A stretch of DNA of 64,000 bases from Gammaproteobacteria bacterium (GTDB lineage: Bacteria; Pseudomonadota; Gammaproteobacteria; GCA-001735895), in the NCBI GenBank assembly GCA_022340305.1, contig JAJDOF010000054.1:12816-76815 (forward strand), in the 5' to 3' direction. How positions within the stretch are numbered: the stretch's first letter is position 1; the number at the start of each line of letters is the position of its first letter. The translations under genes and the position numbers were made by a program. This document shows, piece after piece, positions 56,097 to 64,000 of the stretch. The notes beneath the pieces were generated by a model. That model was not told where the DNA came from. It made no database searches and saw only the letters and a list, made by a program, of their open reading frames with translations.

Positions 56097-56606
56097 CTAG
56101 TGCGCGCCTGGCGTCGACACCGAGTCCAGAAAGCGCGCAAACAGGGTTTCGACCGATTCAATCGAGGTGTTTAACGGGTGGTCCCCGCTGATCAGGTGCA
56201 GGCTGCAGTCGGCTTCGCGGGCAAAATCGATCGAATTTTGCACCGGGATCACGGCGTCGGCCCAGCCGTGCACGATCTCGATGTGTGCGGCTGTCGATGC
56301 ATATTGCTGTGTCTTGAAAGAGGGGATATAAAGGGCTGGGGCGATCAGGAACAGGGCCCGCGTCTGCACTGCGGCGGAGGCCACCAGCGACACATAACCT
56401 CCCATACTGGAACCCACCAGGATGAATGGCTGGGTTTCCTGCCGTAAATGCGTCAGCAATCGTTCAACCCGCAGGTCCGGATCCAGGCTATCGCGATAGT
56501 CGATGCTGTCCACGCTATAACCCTTGGCCGTGGCTATTTTCGCAAGGCGTTTTATCTTGAATCCCCAGGGACCGCTTTCCTTACCGTGTGAAAAAAACAG
56601 ATTCAT
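56097..56606 (-). CDS. small alpha/beta hydrolase (YqiA-like esterase)
   Basis: FSHGKESGPWG and the nucleophile elbow GSSMGGY. 169 aa. Lies 9 nt upstream of the DUF2779 start. Confidence 0.75.
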   Translation of the reverse strand: MNLFFSHGKESGPWGFKIKRLAKIATAKGYSVDSIDYRDSLDPDLRVERLLTHLRQETQPFILVGSSMGGYVSLVASAAVQTRALFLIAPALYIPSFKTQQYASTAAHIEIVHGWADAVIPVQNSIDFAREADCSLHLISGDHPLNTSIESVETLFARFLDSVSTPGAH

Positions 56607-56620
56607 GCTGGTGGTGTGGT

Positions 56621-56866
56621 TTATTCGTGGTCGCCCGAATTCAGCAGGTAAAACAGGGAATGGGCATGTTCGGCTGTCTCGATGCCGAGCTGGGTCAGGT
56701 AACCGCCGTCGACCTGGGTAATGAAACCGCCGGCATGCAGATGTTGCGCCGCCGCTATCAACTCGGGTGCCGCCGATTTGTGGATCTTGATGCCTTCGAG
56801 GCTGGTCGAGGAATTGAACTGCATCAGCACTTTCAACTCGGACAGGTTTTGTGGCGTAAATGACAT
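56621..56866 (-). CDS. hypothetical small protein (81 aa)
   Basis: Compact ORF 14 nt upstream of the hydrolase gene on the same strand. No family confidently recognised. Confidence 0.55.
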   Translation of the reverse strand: MSFTPQNLSELKVLMQFNSSTSLEGIKIHKSAAPELIAAAQHLHAGGFITQVDGGYLTQLGIETAEHAHSLFYLLNSGDHE

Positions 56867-57026
56867 TTGACTTCCCCGGGATGATGATAGATTGCTCGTT
56901 TATAACTTGATCGCGGCTACATGGCCATCCTTTTTCAGCCAGGGTATGGTTTTATATCGATGGACGCTACTCGGGTCGGGCTTTTGAACGATGCACAAAG
57001 CTGGCAACCTTGCTGCACCGCAGCGG

Positions 57027-57389
57027 CTAATTGAGTATTTTGTAACCGCGGTTGCGCAGGCAGTTTTTCACCACCTTGGCCTTTTCTCTTTGCGTATCGG
57101 CCGTGCCGCGCGCACCACCGCTAACGGCACCGACGCCGGCCCCCTTGACCGCGGAATCGCTGCCACCCACTATCGCACCAATCAGACCACCGACCAGTGC
57201 ACCCCCGGCGGCGCGCTCGCCAGCCTTCTGCTCGACCTGGGTGGCAATTTGCTCGCATTCCGCGACATCGACCTCATACTGAGCCATGTCGACCCCGGCC
57301 GGGTCGATGACCGGTTTAGAGCTGTGCGCGGCACAACCGGCGATGAGGGTAATTCCGGCGACGCCAATAATCAGGATGATCCGTTTCAT
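57027..57389 (-). CDS. glycine-zipper lipoprotein
   Basis: GGAGAAAG Shine-Dalgarno. Lipobox LIAGCAA. Glycine zipper GGALVGGLIGAIVGG..GAGVGAVSGGARG. Confidence 0.75.
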   Translation of the reverse strand: MKRIILIIGVAGITLIAGCAAHSSKPVIDPAGVDMAQYEVDVAECEQIATQVEQKAGERAAGGALVGGLIGAIVGGSDSAVKGAGVGAVSGGARGTADTQREKAKVVKNCLRNRGYKILN

Positions 57390-57780
57390 ACTTTCTCCAC
57401 TAACGCTAGCGTCAGCGGTCGGGTAGCGCTGGCGCGGTCGAATTATGATCGCCAATGTCTGCAATGTCGACATGCTGGTATTGGCGAACCTGAAAATGAT
57501 AAGGGCGGAATTGATTGTGTGTAAACTGAAAAATACCCGCTATTTAATAAGGTGTCGCTTGTTTTCAGCCACCCGGCCCAGGGTGATTTCAGGCTATTGA
57601 TAGCGTCTCGCAGGGCATCCGCTTGATTTTCATGGTCCGCGAACAGATAAAATGAAGCATCCTGTGAAGCAGCGCACATAGTTTTGCCCGACAAAGTGAC
57701 GAAAGGCCAATTTGGTACGGAAAAAATGGGGTAGTATTAGCCGCTCTTATCGCACTTAAAAATAATTATAATTACCGAAA

Positions 57781-59919
57781 ATGTATGAACTCGGACACTC
57801 GCCAAAGTCACTCATAGAATCACTTGAACTGGTTCGGCTGCACAGTCCCCCGCATATACTCGGCAAGCTGCTCGATATCTGTAATAACCCCGAGGGCAGC
57901 AGCGACGAACTAGCTGAAATCATTCGCATCGATGCCGCCCTTACCAGTCGTGTGATCATGGCGGTCAACTCGGTGTCCTTCGGCATCGCCGAGCCCGTCG
58001 ACAACATTCCGCGCGCACTGACCCTGCTCGGCCACGACAGTGTCAAAACCATGGTGCTGACACTGTCGATTCAACAATTGTTTTCCGGGCTGATTCCCTC
58101 GCAAAAGGAATTTGTCTGTAATGCCTGGCTGGATTCCCTGTATTGTGCCGTGTTTGCCGAGGATATTGCGCAAACGCTGGATTACGAATCCCCCGGTGAT
58201 GCCTATCTCGCGGGGCTGTTGCACGATTTTGGGCAGATTGTATTTGATGCGAAGCATCACGAACAGTATGTCGAGGTCATGGAGCAGAAATCCGAAGCAG
58301 AAATCATCAACAAGGAAATCCTCAAATTCGGTACCAGCCATCCTGAACTGGGTGCCGACATTATCGAGAGTTGGCCCAGCCTGAGCTTGACCATTGCCGA
58401 CGCGGTGCGTTTTCACCACGAAGATGAGGAGCAGCTGCGTGGCGCTGATATCTTGTGTCGCATCCTTGCCGAGGCCAGCGATCTCGCCCTGCATTGGGCT
58501 CGCAACGGCAAGGCTGACACGGATTGGCGCTCCGGCCTGGTCGAGCACGACCGGTTAAAAGCAATCTATTTGCGGGTGCAGGAGAAGGTCACGCAATACG
58601 CCACCACGTTGGGAATACCGGTTACCGGCAAGAATTGTCTAACCCAGTCCCAGCTTGCCGGTTATATCGAAAAGGAAATGATCCGGCTGGCGCGCAAAAT
58701 TCGCGATACATCGCTGGTCAAGGTGCTATCCTGTGATTCTGCGCAAACGATTACGGCGGACACACCCCGCAACCTGCTCTCCAAGTTAGCCCAGGAAATG
58801 CAGTTACTGTTTTCGATCCCTGACCTGGCATTGTTGATTCCGGATCCTGAAAGCCCGGATTACCTGTCCTTTTATCAGGTCAATCCGGTGCAACCGGTGA
58901 GTCGCTTTTCCATCGACAACAACAATAGCGAAATTATCCGCGGCTTTCTCGACAAGCGTAGCGTTTGGATCGAACTCGAGAACAAGCAGGATCCAGTGGC
59001 ACCAATATCGGATCGGCAGATCATTCGCCGACTGAACCATGAGATCGCGCTGAGTTTGCCGCTCGGCCACGGTGACCAGGTTATCGGTGCTATCGTGATC
59101 GGGGTAAATCGCCATCAGAAAACCTCGCTGGAGAACCTGTCCACGCTGATTTACGGTTACCTGAAAAATGTTGCGAACCAGTGGTTACGCAACGACCAGG
59201 CGCAGAATCGGCGGACCATCGAGGATGACCTGCAGGAAGAACTCGACCAGCGCGACGTCGACAAACTGGTGCACGAAATCAGCAATCCGTTGAGTATCAT
59301 CGGCAACTACATCGACATCATCAAGGGCAACCTGAAGGCCGACGGCGCGGAAAGTAATCGCGAAATCGAGATATTGAAGGAGGAATTGCAGCGGATCGGT
59401 GATATCGTGTTGAATTTCAAGGATGCCAAAGACCTGATATCGCCCGCAGTACTACTGAACGATGAGTTGAAGATATGTGTGCCGCTGTACGTCAAGTCGG
59501 TAAGCCGCAGCAAGGAAGTCGAGATCAAGTGGAACCTGGATGCCAGCGATGCCGAAATCAACATTTCCCGCGATGGACTGCGCCAGGTGGTACTGAACCT
59601 GGTGAAAAATGCAGTCGAGGCCAGGGCGCGTGATGCCGAGATCATGATTTCCAGCCATCATTTCGTTAATATAGACGGCAGGGCGTATGCGCAGTTTAGC
59701 GTAGCGGATCGTGGCCGCGGGGTAGACTCAATTACCCGAAGCCTGTTATTTTCGGCCTCGACCAGCACCAAGCGTGGTGCTAACCGGGGTCTCGGGCTGT
59801 CGGTGGTTGCCGAGATACTGGGCAATTTCGATGGTCATATCAAATATCTGGAAACCGAGGGGGGCGGCGCTACTTTCGAGGTTCTTATTCCATTGCTGTT
59901 AAATAAACACGATAATTAG
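57781..59919 (+). CDS. HDOD-domain sensor histidine kinase
   Basis: N-terminal HDOD (LPSPPHILGKLLDI...AALTSRVIMAVNS, HDFG). H-box HEISNPLSII, N-box NLVKNAVEA, and G-boxes DRGRGV and GLGLSV. Confidence 0.85.
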   Translation: MYELGHSPKSLIESLELVRLHSPPHILGKLLDICNNPEGSSDELAEIIRIDAALTSRVIMAVNSVSFGIAEPVDNIPRALTLLGHDSVKTMVLTLSIQQLFSGLIPSQKEFVCNAWLDSLYCAVFAEDIAQTLDYESPGDAYLAGLLHDFGQIVFDAKHHEQYVEVMEQKSEAEIINKEILKFGTSHPELGADIIESWPSLSLTIADAVRFHHEDEEQLRGADILCRILAEASDLALHWARNGKADTDWRSGLVEHDRLKAIYLRVQEKVTQYATTLGIPVTGKNCLTQSQLAGYIEKEMIRLARKIRDTSLVKVLSCDSAQTITADTPRNLLSKLAQEMQLLFSIPDLALLIPDPESPDYLSFYQVNPVQPVSRFSIDNNNSEIIRGFLDKRSVWIELENKQDPVAPISDRQIIRRLNHEIALSLPLGHGDQVIGAIVIGVNRHQKTSLENLSTLIYGYLKNVANQWLRNDQAQNRRTIEDDLQEELDQRDVDKLVHEISNPLSIIGNYIDIIKGNLKADGAESNREIEILKEELQRIGDIVLNFKDAKDLISPAVLLNDELKICVPLYVKSVSRSKEVEIKWNLDASDAEINISRDGLRQVVLNLVKNAVEARARDAEIMISSHHFVNIDGRAYAQFSVADRGRGVDSITRSLLFSASTSTKRGANRGLGLSVVAEILGNFDGHIKYLETEGGGATFEVLIPLLLNKHDN

Positions 59920-59924
59920 ACCCC

Positions 59925-62120
59925 ATGGAAAATTCATTCGTTAACTTTGAGGAAAAAAATTCGCGCTTTGACAAGCCCGTCTCGTTCCTGGTGGTGGATG
60001 ATGATGCGCGTGCCCGTGAAAGTCTCAGCATGCTGCTGCAACGAAATTGGAGCGATATCACCGAGGCCGAAGATGGCGAAGTGGCGATTTCGCTGATCGA
60101 GCAGCGCCAGTTCAAGATTATTATTCTCGATCTCAACATGCCGAAAAAGTCGGGTGACCAGGTGCTGGCGTTCATTCGTGACCGAAAAATCAACACCACC
60201 GTCATCGTACTCAGCGGCGAAACTTCGATCAACAAGGTAACCGAGGCGGTGCGCCTGGGTGCTTACGACATCTTCAAGAAGCCCTACAGTTTCGACGAGC
60301 TCGAGCATGCGATTCACAACGCCCTCGACAAGGCGCGCGTGGAAGAGGAAAAGTCCCAGATCCAGAGCCGCCTGGCCCATTCCGAGCGGTTGCATCGCTA
60401 CATGGTGGATAATTCCCCCGACCTGATTTATATCCTCAATCTGAAAGGTGAATTCAGCTTCGTCAACGACAGCGTCACCAAGCTGTTGGGCTATGACAAG
60501 TCCGATTTGCTGGGTAAGCATTACAGCCATTTCATCGCCGATGAGGACCGCATGAAAGCGGAGTACCTGTTCAACGAACGGCGCCGCGCCAGCCGCAGCA
60601 ACCGTATGGTTGAACTCAGCCTGAAATGCAACTCGGCCGACCCATCCAAGCCCTTCGATGTCTCGGTGCGGCCGATCGAGCTGAATTCCATGGGCATTTA
60701 CTCGGTCGACATCAGGGACTCGAAAAAGATAGTGACCTACCAGGGCACCTACGGCGTGGCACGCGATATTTCCAGCCGCAAGAAGGCGGAAAAATTAATC
60801 ACTTTCCAGGCTTATCACGATCTCCTCACCAAGCTGCCGAATCGGGCCATGTTGCTCGACCGGCTCGACCTCGCGATCAAGCAGTCGGTGCGCAGCCATG
60901 AAACGCTGATCGTCATGTTCCTCGACCTGGATCGCTTCAAATTGATCAACGACAGTTTTGGACACGTGGTGGGTGATCAGTTACTGGTCGAAGTCGCCGC
61001 CCGGCTCAAGCAGGAAATTCGCACCGGCGATACCCTGGCGCGACTCGGGGGCGACGAGTTCATGCTGCTGCTGCCGCAGCCGACCACGCGGGTGCAGGCC
61101 GAAAGCGTTGCGCAGAAGTTGATACAGAGCCTGCAGCAACCGTTTTTCCTGCGTAAAAAAGAAGTCTATATCAACGTCAGCATCGGTATTTCGGTGTTTC
61201 CGGACGATTCCAGCGACATCAATACGCTGATCAAGAATGCCGACATGGCGATGTATGATGTGAAATCTTCGGGCAAGAACGGTTACACGTTTTACAACGA
61301 CAAGCTGGAGCACGCCGCGGCGGAAAAAATCTCCATCGAAAGCGGCCTTAGAAACGCGTTGAAAAATGGCGAGCTGGAAATCTTTTACCAGCCGCAGGTG
61401 AACGTGCATAGTAGGCAAATCGTCGGAGTCGAGGCGCTATTGCGCTGGAATCATCCGCAACTCGGCTTGCGTGCGCCCGGCTATTTCATCGAGCAGGCCG
61501 AGGAATCACGGATCATTCAGCAGATCAGCGAATGGGTGCTCAATCGCGTGGCGACCGACCTGTTCGCCGACGCGCGCTTCCTGAAGAGCAATATCAAGGT
61601 CAGTATCAACCTGTCGGCTAGCGATATTCGGCAAAAGGAATTTCCGGAAAACCTGGTCGCATTTACTGAAAGCTTCGGTATCGATCCTGGGCGGCTGGAA
61701 ATCGAGATCACTGAAAATATGTTCATGAGTGATATCCAGGCCTGTACCCACAAACTGCAGGTATTATCCAATCGCGGTATTTCCATCGCCATCGATGATT
61801 TCGGTACCGGTTATTCGTCGTTGAATTACCTGCGCGAGTTACCGGTGCACACGGTCAAGATCGATTACTCATTTGTGTCGGAAATCGAGCACTCCAGCAA
61901 GGGCGCCGCGCTGGTGGCTGCCATAGTCGGTATGGCACACGGTCTGGGTATCGATCTTGTCGCCGAAGGCGTAGAAAATGATTACCAGGCCAACTACCTT
62001 GAGAGCCTGGGTTGCCACACCATGCAGGGCTTTCTGTTCAGCAAACCACTCAAGGTTGAAGAATTCCTCAGCCGTATAGGCGCACAGCAAGTTGATATTC
62101 CCAGCCGCTCGAATGCCTGA
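59925..62120 (+). CDS. response regulator with REC-PAS-GGDEF-EAL architecture
   Basis: REC (VVDDD..ILDLNMP). A PAS region. RLGGDEF. EAL-domain motifs VEALLRW and DDFGTGYSSL. Starts 5 nt after the kinase stop. Confidence 0.9.
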   Translation: MENSFVNFEEKNSRFDKPVSFLVVDDDARARESLSMLLQRNWSDITEAEDGEVAISLIEQRQFKIIILDLNMPKKSGDQVLAFIRDRKINTTVIVLSGETSINKVTEAVRLGAYDIFKKPYSFDELEHAIHNALDKARVEEEKSQIQSRLAHSERLHRYMVDNSPDLIYILNLKGEFSFVNDSVTKLLGYDKSDLLGKHYSHFIADEDRMKAEYLFNERRRASRSNRMVELSLKCNSADPSKPFDVSVRPIELNSMGIYSVDIRDSKKIVTYQGTYGVARDISSRKKAEKLITFQAYHDLLTKLPNRAMLLDRLDLAIKQSVRSHETLIVMFLDLDRFKLINDSFGHVVGDQLLVEVAARLKQEIRTGDTLARLGGDEFMLLLPQPTTRVQAESVAQKLIQSLQQPFFLRKKEVYINVSIGISVFPDDSSDINTLIKNADMAMYDVKSSGKNGYTFYNDKLEHAAAEKISIESGLRNALKNGELEIFYQPQVNVHSRQIVGVEALLRWNHPQLGLRAPGYFIEQAEESRIIQQISEWVLNRVATDLFADARFLKSNIKVSINLSASDIRQKEFPENLVAFTESFGIDPGRLEIEITENMFMSDIQACTHKLQVLSNRGISIAIDDFGTGYSSLNYLRELPVHTVKIDYSFVSEIEHSSKGAALVAAIVGMAHGLGIDLVAEGVENDYQANYLESLGCHTMQGFLFSKPLKVEEFLSRIGAQQVDIPSRSNA

Positions 62121-62410
62121 GCGACCCTGAACGCGTTCGCACCTGCATCGCTTGCGTTGCGACTTTCCCCGTATAATCCCTCCCCCCGATACTGATTACG
62201 CGATCTGACCGCAGGTTCCACAGGGTGTATTTACATTTTTGCTTCGTTGGCAGTAAATCCGATTCACCCCGGCAGGCGTATAAACAGGATAGACCAGAGT
62301 TCCGCTGTACTCACCGCGCGCACAACGAGCGCGCCAGTAGCGCTGGCATTATGGTAATTTATTCGGGTCGAAATTCACCTGAAAACTGTTCTACAGGGGC
62401 ATAAAACAGC

Positions 62411-63496
62411 ATGAACGGTATTGTTTTCGCCTACCCCGGCAGGGTCGTCGGCCTGGCTTTAGCGCTGGTATCGCTATTGCTGCCAGGGCTCGCGGCAGCG
62501 CAGGTGGCGCCGGTAGAACTGGCCGGGGTAGAGAGGCGCGAGATAGTCGAGACCCTGCGCCTGAGTGGGTCACTCACTTCGCCGCAAAGCGCAGGCCTGT
62601 CGCCCGATGTCGAGGGTCGGTTGGTGCGTCTCGATGTCGATGCAGGCGCGCGCGTAAAATCGGGCGACATTCTGTTCAAGCTCGATGATGAACTGGCGCG
62701 CCTGGAGCTGGCGCAAGCGGTTGCTGCCGAGCACGAAGCCGAGGCCGACCTGGAAAATGGCAAGCGGCGTGTCGTCGAGGTGCGTGAACTGGTGAGCAAG
62801 AAAACCTTCCCCGAAAGCGAGGCGCGAAATCTGGAAGCCCAGGTCAAGCGCTTTGCGGCTATCGTCGAACGCCGTCGTGCAGAACGTGCCTACGCGGCTG
62901 CAACGCTTGAACGCCATAGCTACAAGGCGCCGTTTAGCGGGGTGATTGCCGAACGCAACGTCGATCTTGGTGAGCGCGTCGATACCGATTCCAATGTATT
63001 GTTGCTGGTCGCGACCGATCGCCTGCAGCTTGATTTGCGCGTGCCGCAGCAGTACTTCCGCCGTGTCACAGTTGGTGCCGCGGTCAACATCGGGGTCGAT
63101 GCCCTGCCGGGGCGCAATATCGCGACGCAAGTGGTGCAGGTAGTGCCGGTGAGCGACACCGACACACGCACCTTTGTGGTGCGCGCAAAGGTCGACAACG
63201 GGGATGGCTTGCTGGCACCGGGAATGTCGGTCAGTGCGCAGTTGCGTATCGGTACGGCACGCGAGGGCGAGGTGGTGCCGCGGGATGCGCTGATACGCTA
63301 CCCGGACGGTCGTACCACGGTGTGGGTGGCCGCGCTCGATGGTGATCGTTATGCGGTTTCCGAACGACTGGTGAAAACCGGCCTGGGCTTTGATAGTGTG
63401 ATCGAAATCGTTGAAGGCTTGAGCGTGGGTGAGCGGGTTGTGATCCGCGGTAACGAATCGCTGCAGTCCGGACAGCAGGTCCGCCTCAGGGAATAG
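62411..63496 (+). CDS. RND efflux periplasmic adaptor (MFP/HlyD family)
   Basis: Signal/anchor, lipoyl-like and barrel-sandwich pattern (GDILFKLDD, SYKAPFSGVI), and a coiled-coil hairpin. Confidence 0.85.
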   Translation: MNGIVFAYPGRVVGLALALVSLLLPGLAAAQVAPVELAGVERREIVETLRLSGSLTSPQSAGLSPDVEGRLVRLDVDAGARVKSGDILFKLDDELARLELAQAVAAEHEAEADLENGKRRVVEVRELVSKKTFPESEARNLEAQVKRFAAIVERRRAERAYAAATLERHSYKAPFSGVIAERNVDLGERVDTDSNVLLLVATDRLQLDLRVPQQYFRRVTVGAAVNIGVDALPGRNIATQVVQVVPVSDTDTRTFVVRAKVDNGDGLLAPGMSVSAQLRIGTAREGEVVPRDALIRYPDGRTTVWVAALDGDRYAVSERLVKTGLGFDSVIEIVEGLSVGERVVIRGNESLQSGQQVRLRE

Positions 63497-63497
63497 T

Positions 63498-64000
63498 ATG
63501 TTTGAGAAGATCATCAATCGTGGCACCCTGATGACGGTTATCGTCGGCATCGTCGTGGTGCTCGGCATCGTTGCGACCTTGCAGGTACCGGTACAGATGA
63601 TTCCGGATCTGGACGTGCGCACGGTGCAGGTGCGGACCTCCTGGCCCGGAGCCACCCCGCAGGACATTGAGAAAGAGATCCTGATCGAGCAGGAAGAATA
63701 CCTGCGCAGCATTCCCAGCCTGCAGCGCATCGAGGCGACGGCCTCGGCGGGCTCGGCGCGTATCGAGCTCGAGTTCCCGCACGGTGTGGATATCAATGAA
63801 ACCTTGATTCGTGTCAATAATGCTTTGTCGCAAGTGCCTTCCTATCCCAACAACGTAAATCAGCCGCGCATATTTGCCGAGTCCTTTTCCAGCAACTCGT
63901 TCATGTATTTTCGGGTAGCGCCGCTGGACGGGAATCCACGTGGGCTGGATATGGACATGATGCGTGATTTTGTTTCCGACAACGTGCGCACCCGCATGGA
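63498..64000 (+). CDS. RND efflux permease (AcrB/HAE family), N-terminal 167 aa; runs off the window end
   Basis: Not in the track because it has no stop. The ATG at 63498 lies 2 nt after the adaptor stop. MFEKIINRGTLMTVIVGIVVVLGIVATLQVPVQMIPDLDVRTVQVRTSWPGATPQDIEKEI is a canonical RND N-terminus. Confidence 0.85.
   Translation, partial: MFEKIINRGTLMTVIVGIVVVLGIVATLQVPVQMIPDLDVRTVQVRTSWPGATPQDIEKEILIEQEEYLRSIPSLQRIEATASAGSARIELEFPHGVDINETLIRVNNALSQVPSYPNNVNQPRIFAESFSSNSFMYFRVAPLDGNPRGLDMDMMRDFVSDNVRTRM

Noticed and set aside
57443-57694. 83-aa minus-strand ORF between the lipoprotein gene and the HDOD kinase gene
   Set aside because: It has no ribosome-binding site and no recognisable family. 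It overlaps the likely promoter region of the lipoprotein gene.
1-64000. Search for mobile-element hallmarks (transposase, integrase, phage structural genes, tRNA-adjacent islands), rRNA/tRNA/tmRNA/RNase P/SRP signatures and common riboswitch cores
   Set aside because: None was recognised by eye on either strand. Absence should be confirmed with Infernal/Rfam, tRNAscan-SE and ISfinder-type searches.

Overview
64 kb of chromosomal DNA, by gene content probably a marine or environmental gammaproteobacterium (inference only). GC looks mid-50s % by eye, with AT-richer patches at about 22.8-24.4, 25.5-26.3, 27.7-29.9 and 37-41.5 kb. I support about 55 protein-coding genes. They include an envelope-stress-like module (OmpR-type two-component system plus a DegP/HtrA protease), a P-type cation ATPase, a glycine-betaine-type ABC transporter, a TldD/PmbA pair, several c-di-GMP signalling proteins, an RND efflux pair, and many small secreted or membrane orphans. 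I found no rRNA, tRNA, CRISPR array, IS element, integrase or prophage genes. Non-genic structure is notable. There is a REP-like palindrome family (6 copies, two arranged as BIME-like inverted pairs). A directional 12-mer, AGGTATACTGTC, sits upstream of four unrelated genes. There are also coding tandem repeats and three gene remnants: a decayed RRM RNA-binding gene, a GntR stub and a ureG 3' stub marking a lost urease operon. The best candidates for undescribed biology are a membrane-anchored protein with an unassigned central domain fused to a Nudix domain in an AT-rich islet, and a translationally coupled ATP-grasp-like/S15-hydrolase pair convergent with a Ddl-family ligase. Neither can be assigned a function from sequence alone. 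All family assignments come from motif reading by eye; no database search was run.
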